Source: Octopus sinensis (lineage: Eukaryota). From it: a DNA stretch of 64,000 nt. Positions 37,950-50,709 of the stretch are shown piece after piece. The notes beneath the pieces were generated by a model, which had not been told where the DNA came from, searched no databases, and saw only the letters and a program-made list of their open reading frames with translations. Where the stretch lies: the NCBI RefSeq assembly GCF_006345805.1, contig NC_042998.1:144832001-144896000 (forward strand), read 5' to 3'. The stretch's first letter is position 1. The number at the start of each line of letters is the position of its first letter. Both the position numbers and the translations under genes were made by a program.

Positions 37950-40900
37950 ACAACTTATACGAGGGCTACTTAGAAATGCCAAAACCTTCCCAGGCGAGGA
38001 ATGTACTCCTCAACATAGATTAGTAGTTAGTGACTTCAGGATCAGGGCCAAATGGCTGCCCAGAAGAAGACCAGCTCAGAGGAGAAGAGTCTGGAAACTT
38101 AAAGATCGTGTAAATGGACGGAGATTTAGAGAAGTTCTACTTGAAGCTTTCGACGAAATAGAAGGGGATATAGCATCACATAATGTGGAAGCCAACTGGA
38201 GGTTTCTACGGGACAATCTGCTGAGAGCCACTGACCAGATTTGTGGATGGAGAAAAGTCCAATCTCGTCCCAGGGTAACGTGGTGGTGGAACAATGTTGT
38301 AGACAGGGCTATTAGAGACAAGAGACAGGCTTGGAAGGACTGGAGGAAAGGCGGTAGTAGGGAATTGTATCAGACTGCAAAAAGAGAAGCTAGGAGACAG
38401 GTATATTTAGCTAGAGGGGAAGCAGATAAGAAAAAATTTGCTAATGTTCTGTGCCGTGAGGACCAAAGACTTAGGTGTTTCGTGTTGCAAGACAGTGTGT
38501 GAGAGAGAATCATGATGTAGTAGGAGAGAAATGTGTTCGCATGGATGATGGTTCACTTGCGCTAAATGAGGATGCAAAGAGAGAGGTTTGGAGATGCCAC
38601 TACGAAAATTGCTCAGCAAAGAGAATGAATGGGATAAAGAGAGTCTGCCGAATGTCGACCCAATAGAGGGACCAGCTATCCAAGTTGACAGTTCCATGGT
38701 AGTTAAGGCAATTGGAAGCATGAAGACAGGGAAAGCCCCAGGCCCATCAGGAATTACTGCTGAGATGCTCAAAATATCTGGCAGTGTCGGCTATAGCCTA
38801 GTCACCCATATAGTTAACCAGGTGATACACAAAGGAGTCATACCCAATGACTGGTGTAGTAGCACAATAGTCAACTGCTACAAAGGTAAAAGTTAAGGCC
38901 TAGATACAATTACAGAGGTATTAAGCTGTTGGATCAGAGCCCAACTGATTAGAGAGAGAGAGTCAACCTAGACGAGATGCAGTTTGGTTTCGTGCCAGGG
39001 AAAAGCACTACTGATGACATATTTCTGGTGAGACAGCTGCAGGAGAAATACCTAGCCAAAGATAAAACACTGTACCTGGCTTTCGTCGACTTGGAGAAAG
39101 CCTTTGACAGGGTCTCCCGATCCCTTATCTGGTGGTCAATGAGGAAACTAGGGATAGATGAATGGTTAGTGAGAGCTGTGCATGCCATGTACAGGGAAGC
39201 TGTTAGTAAGGTGAGGGTTGGCAATGAGTACAGTGAAGAATTCCGGGTGGAGGTTGGGGTCCACTAAGGCTCAGTCCTCAGCCCCCTCCTATTTATCATA
39301 GTCCTCCAGGCAATAACGGAGGAATTCAAGACAGGATGCCCCTGGGAGCTCCTCTATGCTGATGACCTTGCTCTAATTGCTGAGTCACTATCAGAACTCG
39401 AGGAGAAGTTTCAGGCATGGAACCAAAGATTAGAATCGAAGGGCCTTAGAGTCAATCTAGCTAAAACCAAAGTCCTAATAAGTAGGAAGGTAGACAAATC
39501 TCAAACGCCTTCAGGTAGATGGCCCTGCTCGATCTGTAGAAAAGGCGTAGGTAGGAACTCTATAAGATGCACCAAGTGTAAGCTATGGACACATAAGAGG
39601 TGCAGCAATGTCAAAGGAAGGCTAACTAGGAAGATAGTTTTTGTATGTGGCAGATGCTCTGGTTCAATAAAGACTGAAAATGCGCAGAGACCATCTTCCG
39701 CCACATTCCAGGGAGAAAAACTTGAAGTAGTTGATAGTTTCCGTTACCAGCGGGGGTGGGTGTGCCGAAAGTGTAACTGCTAGAGTAAGAATAGCCTGGG
39801 CAAAGTTCAGAGAGCTCTTACCTCTGCTGGTGACAAAAGGCCTCTCGCTCAGAGTAAAAGGCAGACTGTATGAAGCATGTATGCGAACAGCCATGCTACA
39901 TGGCAGTGAAACATGGGCCGTGACTGCTGAGGATATGCGTAAGCTCACAAGAAATGAAGCCAGTATGCTCCGTTGGATGTGTAATGTCAGTGTTCATACC
40001 CGACAGAGTGTAAGTGCCTTGAGAGAAAAGTTGGACCTAAGAAGCATCAGATGTGGTGTGCAAGAGAGGCGTCTACGCTGGTATGGACGCGTAGTAAGAA
40101 TTGATGAAGATAGTTGTGTGAAAAAGTGCCACACCCTAGCGGTTGAGGGAACCTGTGGAAGAGGTAGACCCAGGAAAACCTGGGACGAGGTGGTGAAGAA
40201 CGACCTTCGCTCTTTAGGTCTCACCGAGGAAATGACCAGAGACCGAGACCTTTGGAAGTATGCTGTGCGCGAGAAGACCCGACAGGACACGTGAGGCCAT
40301 AACCCATGGCTCCTACCTGGGACGTAGTCAGTCCACCTGTGCATACCTTCCTTCTTGGGACACATAACTACTTGTGAAGACCTGTTGAGGCAAGTGAAAA
40401 TCAAATCAAATCAAAATCGATGAACATCAATGGAATTTGTAGTTTTGTGGTACCAGTGCCAGTGACACATAAGAAAACCATCCGAATGTGACCGTAGCCA
40501 GTACCGCATCAACTGGTCTCCGTGCTGGTGGCACGTAACAAACACCATCCGATCGTGGCCGTGCCAGCCTCGCCTGGCCTCCGTGCCGGCGGCACGTAAA
40601 AAAACACCATCCGAGCGTGGCCATTCGCCAGCCTCGTCTGGCACCTGTGTCCGTGGCACATAAAAAAAAAAAAACACCATTCAAGCATGGCCGTTCGCCA
40701 GCCTCGTCTGGCACCTGTGTCTGTGGCACATAAAAAAAAAAACACCATTCGAACATGGCCGTTCGCCAGCCTCGTCTGGCACCTGTGTCCGTGGCACATA
40801 AAAAAAAAAACACCATTCGAACGTGACCGTTCGCCAGCCTCGTCTGGCACTTGTGTCCGTGGCACATAAAAAGCACCCACTACACTCACGGAGTGGTTGG

Positions 40901-41045
40901 CGTTAGGAAGGGCATCCAGCTGTAGAAACACTGCCAGATCTGACTGGCCTGGTGCAGCCTTCGGGCTTCCCAGACCCCAGTTGAACCGTCCAACCCATGC
41001 TAGCATGGAAAGCGGATGTTAAACGATGATGATGATGATGATGAT
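37950..41045 (+). mobile_element. RTE-clade LINE, 5'-truncated (end of APE endonuclease, RT, PHD finger, C-terminus, 3' UTR with tandem array, (GAT)n tail); frameshifted
   Basis: EECTPQHRLVVSDF (APE end), KTGKAPGPSGITAEMLK, QFGFVPGKSTTD, AFVDLEKAFDRV, GVH*GSVLSPLLF, YADD (TATGCTGATGAC at about 39355) and RLYEACMRTAMLHGSETW. The ORF is broken by frameshifts and at least one stop. Confidence 0.95.
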
Positions 41046-42399
41046 TAAACATACATTATGAGGGCTAAACCGATTAAAACGATTATGATATAGAGGACAT
41101 TAGCAAATTATATATTTAACATTAAGGGTGTATATACCAAATTAAATATGTACTTAGTGTGTAACCCAGATTTTGGTGGGTGGGTGGGTGGGTGTCTTGT
41201 GTTTACAAGAAAGAAACAAGGAAAAGGAGACAAGGTTTGGGTGTTGAAATTTGTAAGCATATAGTGATGTATAAATACATTTTAATATATAACTTAATGA
41301 ATAAAGGGTATTAATGATGAGAAGCGATAATTAATAAATGAATGAAACAGTATTACATATAACATTTCATGCATCCAACATAATATAAATTGAATTTATA
41401 TACATCAAGTTATTTATCTATACATACAATAACTACACTGTATGATATTATGTATATATATACACATACATATATGTATTACATACAAATCTATTATTTA
41501 TATTATACATATCTATAAATTTATATTATATAATGATGTGAAAGATGCTGCAAATATAAACATTTTGTGGCCATAAACTGAGGGGTCACTCGTAAACAGA
41601 ACTGGATAACAAAACCATTCCCTCATTTGGTGTCCACCCATAATTATAACCCTACAGTGATGGAGGGGCACAAAAAAAAATGATAATCTAGTTTTGTGTG
41701 CGTTTTTCTTTCAACTTTTTCTAATACTTTTTTTCTTGTTGCTGTTATAAAACTAATTAACTACATATTTAATATATAAAAAACATAGATAATCTCAGGT
41801 CTGTGTATCAATCTATTTTATTGCATTTCAATTTGTTTCTTAAACGAAATATACACCGCCAGAAGTTCTTGTTGAACATGTTGACAAACAACAGCAGTAA
41901 TTGTATTCACCTCAATAGACGTCATTGATTGGTTGAAATTGCTGAAATACGAGAAATTAAACAAGAAATAACTTACAAACTACAGAATTTTCTCAAGAAC
42001 GCCAAGAGAAAGAGATGTTTTATGTGACACATTCTACTAATATACAAAGTTTAAAAGTGTTTAGTTACAAAGAAATTATTTTTAAAATCTACTGGTCAAA
42101 GTGAAAAGATCCAGATGAATAAATCAGTTTTTAATAAACTCCTTTATTACATTTAACTTTTCACATCACAAAGATTATTGCCATTATTATTATCAATGGC
42201 AACAGTAGTAATAACAATAAAAACTGGAAAACAATAACATAAAAAAACCCACAATAACTATCTTCTTGGAGGGCAGTCAGCCAGTGGACCACGCATTCAG
42301 TACAAAAATGATACTGTAAAACCAGGTGTTATATTGGTTAGTGAGGAGGGGAAAAAACTGAACAAAAAACTATTGTGTATAATAATTGTATTTCTTAAA

Positions 42400-43050
42400 T
42401 TTCCTACTCCAGCAGAAACAGAAAAATGTCTCTGAGATGCATGGCTACACATATATAAAGGAAAACAATACAGGACAGTAGCTGTTATATGCATCAGCAA
42501 GCAAAAAGCCAAAAGAATGGCAACAATTATTTGCATGTCCCAAGCTTTTATAATGATTCCCCATTATATGGCTGACTAGAATTTGAGTCAACAACATACC
42601 AGTTCATCAAGATCTGGCAAGAATCTTAGCTATTCAAGAGTAGCGTGAGGATATTGTGGAGAAGCACACACCATAACTGAACAGGACTGGAATTCTCATG
42701 AAATTCCAGACACTGGTTTCTTCAGAAGAAATCAATCACATTCCTGATTTTCTCTGTTTCTGGGAATGTGAACTGATGCCAGTCTTTATAGAGTGAAGAA
42801 AACCCAAATGTTGCATTTGTGGAAATATTAAACACCTCAAAGCCATTTGCCCAGTGGTGGAGAAAGCACAATGCTTTCCACCATTGCTACCAACTCCACA
42901 GGGAAAATTCCTTCCTCAAACACTGAGAACACTAAAACTAGCACACATCTGCCTCTTTCCTCTGACAGGCCTCACAAAAACAAAGGCCTCATTAAATGTA
43001 GGTCCATTGAAATCACACCAAAAGGTCTTTGTTAATAAAGAAGAGAAGAC
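42400..43050 (+). mobile_element. Decayed LINE ORF1/gag-like relic with a CCHC zinc knuckle
   Basis: 42809-42850 encodes CCICGNIKHLKAIC (C-x2-C-x4-H-x4-C), preceded by IPDFLCFWECELMPVFIE*RKPK. It resembles L1/Tx1-type ORF1 (inference); boundaries are rough. Confidence 0.5.
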
Positions 43051-45516
43051 TCAATGAAATAGAGGCCAGCACTAATTTAAAGCTGTAAGACATGAGGTAC
43101 TATATAAAATCATCATAAAATCAAACATCAAAAACGTCAACACCTTATAGCAAGAAAACAACTTTTACAAACACTTTTACAACCACAAGCAAATAAAAAA
43201 AAACACAAAAGCAATTGTTGCATGTGGGATGAATCTGTCTATTGGCTAAGTCCAAAGTGATGATTGCCCCACCACCACCACCACCACCACCCTCCTTTAA
43301 TTGGACAGGTAAAGCAGTTTCCCTTTGCCTGGTGACAGAGGCTAAAGAGTTTGTCTGGCAGACAAAGTTGAAAGGCATGAGGACAGATATTCCTCTTTGG
43401 TAGAGTCCTCATCAACTTTTTCAAGATTCACACGATAAAGAAAGTGAGGGTGGAGTGGGAGGTGCTGCCCTCAAGTGAATTTATTCAATGGTGGGTGAAA
43501 ATTGCAGAAATGCCAAGAGTGAATGGTAATGTGCTTAGTGTAGGCCTGAGTCTACACTTTGAGCAGTACCATCCTCTCCTGCCAAGACTGACTTGTGGCA
43601 AAAGCACTGTGATTACCCAGTCATGCTCCCATGGAAAGATGGGCATAAAATGTTGTGATGAACATTGAGATGTATATCCACATTTGAATCTTTTCCAACA
43701 GTTATGTTTATATATTAAATCTTCATATATTACTCCCTACTTCTTTGTTGCTCTCATCTATTACTAACTCTCCCCTATCAATGCAGCTCTCCATTATCTC
43801 TCTTTCTCCTATCTGTGTTACAAAGTAAAGCATTACATTTAATCTGTCATGCCACCAACACTAAGGAGATTGCCAAGCAACTTCCAAGACAGAAAAAGAA
43901 TGGAAGACCTCTCTACAACTAAGGGGGAGGCGGTTTTATGCCAAATGTTGAGAGGCTAAAGTATGAAAGGACAAGCACGGGTGTTTTGCTATAGAAGAGG
44001 TACATGACTACCTCACATTATATAAGGCTGGGAGTAGCTGGGAAGAAAATAATGATGGTAGTGATAAGATGCCAAGGTATTTCTTAAAATCCAAGGCTGT
44101 CACAAGAGGCACTAAATCTTGCTAAACGTAAAGAGATTCATCGAAGCTGCCTGTAAGACATGTAGCATTGTGCAATGTGAAAGTTCCTTGATATAATTAA
44201 TAATTTTCTTTTGGTAGTACATGGCAAGGGTTGTAACTGATAAAAGTAAACATTTATCAGTTGATGAGGTTAACATGTGGTAGTGTGAAGTTTAATGGGT
44301 AATAAATAGTAGAGGTTTATGCTATAGATTCAAGATCGTGTAGAGTTAGTGGCTACCTGGAAGAGGATATTAAGAGGAGAATAAATGTGGTAATATCTCA
44401 AATTAGTAAGTAGTGATTCAAAAGCAAACATGGGATTGATCTTACCTTCCCATGTTTAGCTAGAAACAAATATATTGTCTTCAATCAAACAGAACATACA
44501 CAGCCAACATGGAAATATCACAGAAATGGTATATAGACGAAAGGTTGACAAAAAAGCCAAACTTGCAATCTTCATTTCAGTTTCTGTGGCTATCTATCTA
44601 TGGTCTCAAAGAGTAAAGACCAAAAGAATACAATTGTGAATCCAAGTAGCAGAATATATGGTCCCTCTGAAGAATCTCTAGAGTAACATTATTCAACAGA
44701 GTGTGTTGCTCAGAGATCAAGGAGTCTCTCCAGGTTGAACTGCTATTTCTCTGCATTGAGAGCTCATAGTTCCAGTACTATTGAGATGTGATTAGAATGT
44801 TAAAGGAAAAAAATCGCAAGACAGATTCTTCAAGCCAAGCCAACTGCCAAGAGACCTAGAAGTAGACCAAAAATGAGATGGTTGGATAATATCCATAGTC
44901 TCAGTTGGTCACGCTTGGGAATCTTGTATGAAAATGTAATGACAGTTGCTTCTGATAGGACCCTATGGAAAAGGGTGGATGGATGGCATATAGATTCAAC
45001 AGAAAAGAGATGAAGTTCTGAAAGAGAAAGGGCAATGTGAGAGCTAATCAAAGCATTCCAGTGACTCTATAAGCTGTGAAGCCTTACAATTTTAAATGGC
45101 TTTCTAGTCCTGTAAGGACACTACTGGCAGTAGCTACATTACCAGTATTCCAAACACAAATTTCAGACCCACTAATTAGAACAGACTGTAGCTCTTAATA
45201 AATATGATTCGTAAATTAGGCTAGAGTAAATTAATTTATTTTTTACTTGTTTCAGTCATTAGACTGCAGCCATGCTGGGGCATCACTTTTTATTAATTTA
45301 TTTTGAAAATAAAGATTACTTGTTTATTTGCAAAGTTAGTACACCACATTTTGAAGGAATCTGGAATTTATATAATTCTCTATCTCCTCGGAATGGGCAC
45401 TGGTGGTGGATGAGGCGTTGGTTTTTATGCTGCTAGAGTTTAAAATAAATGCTCATAGTAGATTGAGAATCTATGTGAAGAGAAGTGTACATTTAGAAAT
45501 ATAATATTTAATGTTT

Positions 45517-46100
45517 ATCATCATCTAACATCCATGTTCCATGCTGGCATAAGTTAGACAGTTTGACAAAATCCGATAGGTACAAAAACTGCGTTATCTT
45601 CCAGTGTCTGCTTTTGCATGGTTTCTTTAGCCAAATCCCTTTCCTAATGCTAACTAATTAACAGTATGCACTGGGTGCTTTTATGCTAGGATAAGAAGGG
45701 TTCAAGTATGAGCAGAACAGGTTTCTTGCTGTAGAGAAACAGCACAACTACTCAGATTGGAAGTGGAGGCTGGAAAGAAATTTTTTAAAAAATGGTGATG
45801 AGGTGTCTGGGTAGGCCCTCGAGATGTGAAGTGAGAAGAGAGGAAGTAGAAGTGTAGATGGATGGAGATTACAAAAGTGTATGGGTAAGTTAGACATGGA
45901 GAATGGGTGAAAGGATGGAGAAGGCAACAGCTGTAAATACTGTAATTGTGAATGGTAAATAAGAGGTGGGGGATGACCAATAATACATTAGTCAATGAAG
46001 GTAGGAGTAAGAGATTATTGATAGTCATAGACAAAAACAAAGAAAGAAAGAAAGCGGAGAAGTGATTGTGGATTTTGTGAATGTTATTGCTAGGTACAAA
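45517..46100 (-). mobile_element. Truncated second-subfamily RTE 3' UTR
   Basis: ATCATCATCTAACATCCATGTTCCATGCTGGCAT...GCACTGGGTGCTTTT, followed by a purine-rich body. Confidence 0.5.
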
Positions 46101-46383
46101 TTTAATCAAAGTGTAGAAAACATAAAGTAGAAATAAATTAAGAGTAATTTACCCAAATCAAGATCATATTTGTGATATGAGATTGTTGACTATCCTAATT
46201 GACTCCCATCAACCTAATTATCAACTTTATAATGCAGAATCAAAACTAATACAGCTTAGATTTAGTGATATAGATGATTGAATTACTTTAATATTCGATT
46301 TAGAGATGTGGCTAAGTGTTCAGATCTTATTCTTAGCATCAATAAAATAGAAAAGCAGAAAAATTAGAATTAATAATTTACTT

Positions 46384-46434
<51 letters not shown>

Positions 46435-49400
46435 TGTACTCCATGAGAAGTGATGTATTCACAGTAAAAGTTTGGAACATGGAAAATGGATCATGTTATT
46501 GATCATTTGAAACCTTAAACAAGTTTACAGTTAAGGTAAATGTAAATTTAGGAACTTGGTTCACCAAATTTCACTGCTTCCAAATAAGGTAATATTTCTC
46601 CTTGGCCAGACAGGTTTTCCATAGAGGACTAGAAAACAACAATTTTATGATAGTGAAGTCAAAACAAGGGTACAAGTAAACACACACACAATAAAGTTTG
46701 ATGTAATTGTACAAAATTTTAAAATTTTGTTGTAATTTGTATGGTTGCTCATTTTATATGAAACAATTAGGCAATGATCTTTAATATACTGGTAAAAGAA
46801 ACTTCATGTTACATCGCCTCAAAAACTAAAACTATCCTATACCAGTTTTATTTGTTTTGTACATTTCTGTAGTGGTGGCCATCAAAACTAGTGAGCATAT
46901 ATGTTGGATATCAAGTGGTATACAACACATCTCTGTTGTATAGCATATTGCATTATTCTATTGCAAGGTGAGAAATATGCCCTCATAATGTGATAACAGC
47001 ATTGTTAGATACAATGTGCTCAATCTATGCACCATTCCATATAAGTATCTGATTGATTCTTTTCATGCTCAAACAGGTCTTATCAGGGTTAACCAACTTC
47101 AACAACAAAAGCAGAATATTCTATTCAGTTGAGTCAAAATAAGTTTATCTGTAAAAGAAGCACAGAATACTGTTGCCCATTTAACTAGCAACTTAACGTA
47201 AAAAGAAAACATCTGAAATTGGTCATGAATGGATATGAGAATTGAATGGGAATCAAGAGGCAGATAGATAGTTTACACTTCTGATATCAAATGCTTTTAA
47301 ACAATTATAAGCAAGAAGTAAAATGCAAAAGAAAGTAATCTTCAATGAAACTAATGCTTATATTCACAATTTTGGTGTTGATATATTGATAGATGTAAAA
47401 CTATACTGACATAAAAAATAGCATTAACATACAAGTAACTGTAACATAGATAACATCGCTAGCATTGAAGACATACCACTCTCACCTCTTCATACTTTCA
47501 CATTTGAACTAGCTTCTTACTCTTTTAAATATATGTATACTTTCTGATAACATATTTTCTACATTGAATTTATATATGATGGTTTTGTCTGTTTGTTTTC
47601 TTTTTAATATAGTGTAGACATTTTCTGTTTACAAGTGATTTTCTTCTATCAGTTTTTTGTTTTCAAATATCATTTGAAAATATTAAGAAGCATAAGTGTT
47701 ATCTTTCATGAAAGCATTTTGTGTAAGTTAAATACTCTTATGTTAATCACATCATGAATCTTGGTGGTTCCATAAGACCAGTATGTAATTCTGAATGATA
47801 GTGTTAACTTGGTCAGAAAATTCTTGAAGCTATTTTCTGACAGCAAGGTGAATGAACAGCATGTAGAATATAGTGTCATCCTAGAAACATAATACACATA
47901 AAAGACTGCAGTAAATTCACAACCTAGCAGCAGGTTTCCCACTATCTCACCCAGACACACACAACAAGATCAAATAATCTGATACAAGCAATAGAGAGAC
48001 TAGATGGCATGCAAAATTTAGTTTACAGTTGGAGGCAAGTTATGTCAATTGATTCTTAAAAAGGCCTTGCACCTGTCTAAAGTGTATAAGTGATTATCAG
48101 AGAGAAAGGAAGTGTGTGTGTGTGTGTGTGTGTGTAGAAAGCTGTTATAGAATAGTTCTGTAAAACATCTAATACTTTGCAACCAAAAGGGTGGAGTAGC
48201 AAGTTGGCAAAAAAGTAGCATTCTGTCAGTGTTAATACAGTGAGCATCAAAAGTCTCATTAGAAATAATCATGCAGTAGACAACAGTAGCTCAGTGATTA
48301 ATCATATGCTAATCAATTTGGTAAGCATTATTGTTTTTTTTTTTTTTTTTTTTTTTTAATGCAGAGCACACCTCTAAGTAATTAACCTTAGTGACTATTT
48401 TTTAAATTCTAATTTTTCATGAATACACACGTACAATAATGTACACCTACTTCATGACTAATCACTGATGAAGTCTATGCTTTGCTGAGGTGGTTTAACA
48501 ATACAGAAACAAGTCCATATTTAACAGCCATAATTACCAAAGTAATAAAATAGACATTCAGCAAATGCTGTCTATTCCTCAGCCCGTAGGTATTTTTAAT
48601 TAGATTTTTAAAATTTTAATGCTCAGTGTATTCAATGTTGAAACTATTGCTTCCATGTAGATGGCATCACTGAGTAATTAAACAAGGTGATTTTGTGCAT
48701 GTGTGTGTCTTTTAATATACTAAATATCTTAGGTTATTTAGTCTTGTCCTTTCCGATTAAAAGTTCAAATACCACTGGAGTGTTTTTGTTGATCGATCCT
48801 CTAAAGTTTATAAAGTAAACAGCAGTATTTATACTGAGGTAATCCACATTTTCTATCCCTAACCAAAAACTGGCTGTGTGCCAGGCCAAAAATGAAATCA
48901 ATATCTAATGCTACATATACCAGAAACATTAAGATAAAGAGTTCTAATGCATAATGAGGTAATAAAGCTGAATGTGAATTATTTTTTTAAAACTCATAAA
49001 AAAGGGAAAATGTAAAACAAAAGTTATGGAAAGGAAAAATGGATAGTCTACGTTTATTTTATACTCATCCACCTCAGAAAAATCCATAGATTTTGATTAT
49101 ATCAAATGATGTATAAGAAAGATCAAAAGTTAAGTTGTACAGAAAAGGATGTAGCTATGAAGTGAGTGAAGTCGTTGCAACATAGCTTACTGTGTGGTCC
49201 AGAAGGACAGTATCTTATCAAACATAATTATGTCCATGTTGGCAAATGTTGGGCATAGTATATCATATAAAAATTGTATACATGCACACTGTAAATCTTT
49301 TTGTTTATTTGTTTAGTAAAACAAACTAGAAAAACTGTCAACCAATTTAATGCCTTCTTTAAGAAGCTTCTTTGGTTAGTATAGGAATGAGTATGTTTTC

Positions 49401-49721
49401 TTTGCAAAGAGAAGAGGACAAAATTTAACTTTCAGCTACACATGTATAAAGCCAATAAATCGATGTATAAGCACAAATAAAAGCATTTCTTCTAGTGGTT
49501 AGAGTAGTTGGCTCTTGATCATAACATTACTAGACCAGCATGTATGATGTATCTTTGAGCAGGGCACTTCATTTCACATTGCTTCAGTCTACTGAACTAT
49601 GAGTACCATCTGGGTGCTGATGCATCCTTTTCTTTCCTCTACTGTAACACTCTGGAAGTTCCACTAAATCAAACCGGAGTGGATATATATATATATACAC
49701 ACACATATACATAGGTATATA

Positions 49722-50709
49722 CAGGGGTTGGACAAAATAATGGAAACACCTAGCATCACAGTTTTGAAATATCTATAAAATTATCAAAAGCTTGTTTATT
49801 TTTGTTATTTTTTTATATCTATTATTAGTGTTGCTTAATATGTTTTGCTAAAATTGCAGTTTCTTTTCAGATATCAGTAGAAAATAGTAATTAAAATTCA
49901 TCAAAATGACAGATCTATCCGACTTTCAAAGAAGTCAAATTGATTGTGCTCGTATGGCAGGCACTAGTATGATGAAAAGAGCTGAAGTGTTTGGTGTATC
50001 AAGAAATACTGTCTTGAAAGTAATGACAGCCTTTGAGAAAGAGGGAAAACCTCCTTGTTGAAACAAAACTCCGGAAGAAAACCAAAACTTTCAGCTAAGG
50101 ACCATCGGACTCTTACGCGAATTGTTAGAAAGGATCATAAAAATACAGCTCCCAAAATTACTGCAGAGTTTTATGACCACCTCAAGAACCCACTTTCTAC
50201 AAAAACTGTTAGCGGGAGCTGGACAAAGTCGGATTTCACAGGAGGGCTGCAATCAGAAAACCACTACTTTCAAAAATAAACATTGCGAAGCGTTTAGAGT
50301 GGAGTAAAAACCTACAGAATTGGTCCTTAGAGCAGTGGAAGAATGTTATTTTCTCGGACACGTCATCCTTTACCTTATTTTCAACCACTGGCTGAGTATA
50401 CATGTGGAGACAGCCAAAAGAAGCATTTGACCCAGACTGCCTTCTTCCAACTGTTAAATATGGAGAAGGATCTGTGATGATCTGGGGGGGGGGCTATATT
50501 GGAAATCCGCTGGCCCAATGGTTTCCCTTCACATCAGAATTAATAGAAAAGACTATTTAAGCATTTTATCTGATCAAATTCATCCTATGGCTGTGGAATT
50601 ATTTTCGGAAGGAAAATCAATCTTTCAGGATGATAATGCACCAATTCACACAGCTAAAGTTGTTATTGAAGGGCATGAGGAACATTCTAATGAAATTGAA
50701 CATCTTATC
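49722..50709 (+). mobile_element. Tc1 transposon, left part (TIR plus decayed transposase), truncated by a Penelope-like element
   Basis: TA|CAGGGGTTGGACAAAATAATGGAAACACC TIR. ATG at 49906 gives MTDLSDFQRSQI; then SGRKPKLSAKDHRTLTRIV, WKNVIFSD and FQDDNAPIHTAK, ending at EHLIW just before the expected SPDLNPIE motif. No right TIR seen. Confidence 0.9.

Noticed and set aside
37945-40294. RT ORFs as a retron, DGR or group II intron system
   Set aside because: The APE-RT layout, RTE motifs, (GAT)n tail and multiple truncated copies identify a LINE. The RT at 52800-53700 has PLE motifs and a GIY-YIG domain.
40480-40880. CRISPR-like array (also 28340-28680)
   Set aside because: The units are whole tandem repeats with no unique spacers, lie inside a LINE 3' UTR, have no cas genes nearby, and the context is eukaryotic.
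37956-41066. TSD for the large RTE (TACGAGGGCTA near the 5' end, TATGAGGGCTA after the tail)
   Set aside because: The downstream copy is about 10 nt away from the (GAT)n tail and the motif also resembles a mariner TIR start, so it is ambiguous.
44150-44460. Possible Naiad-like GIY-YIG C-terminal relic on the minus strand
   Set aside because: The resemblance (STDKCLLL...KELSHC) is too weak to support without a search.
46860-47960. Possible minus-strand exons (acceptor-like sites at about 47150 and 47880)
   Set aside because: Frames are closed by stops or show no kinase N-terminal similarity, and the donors are weak.
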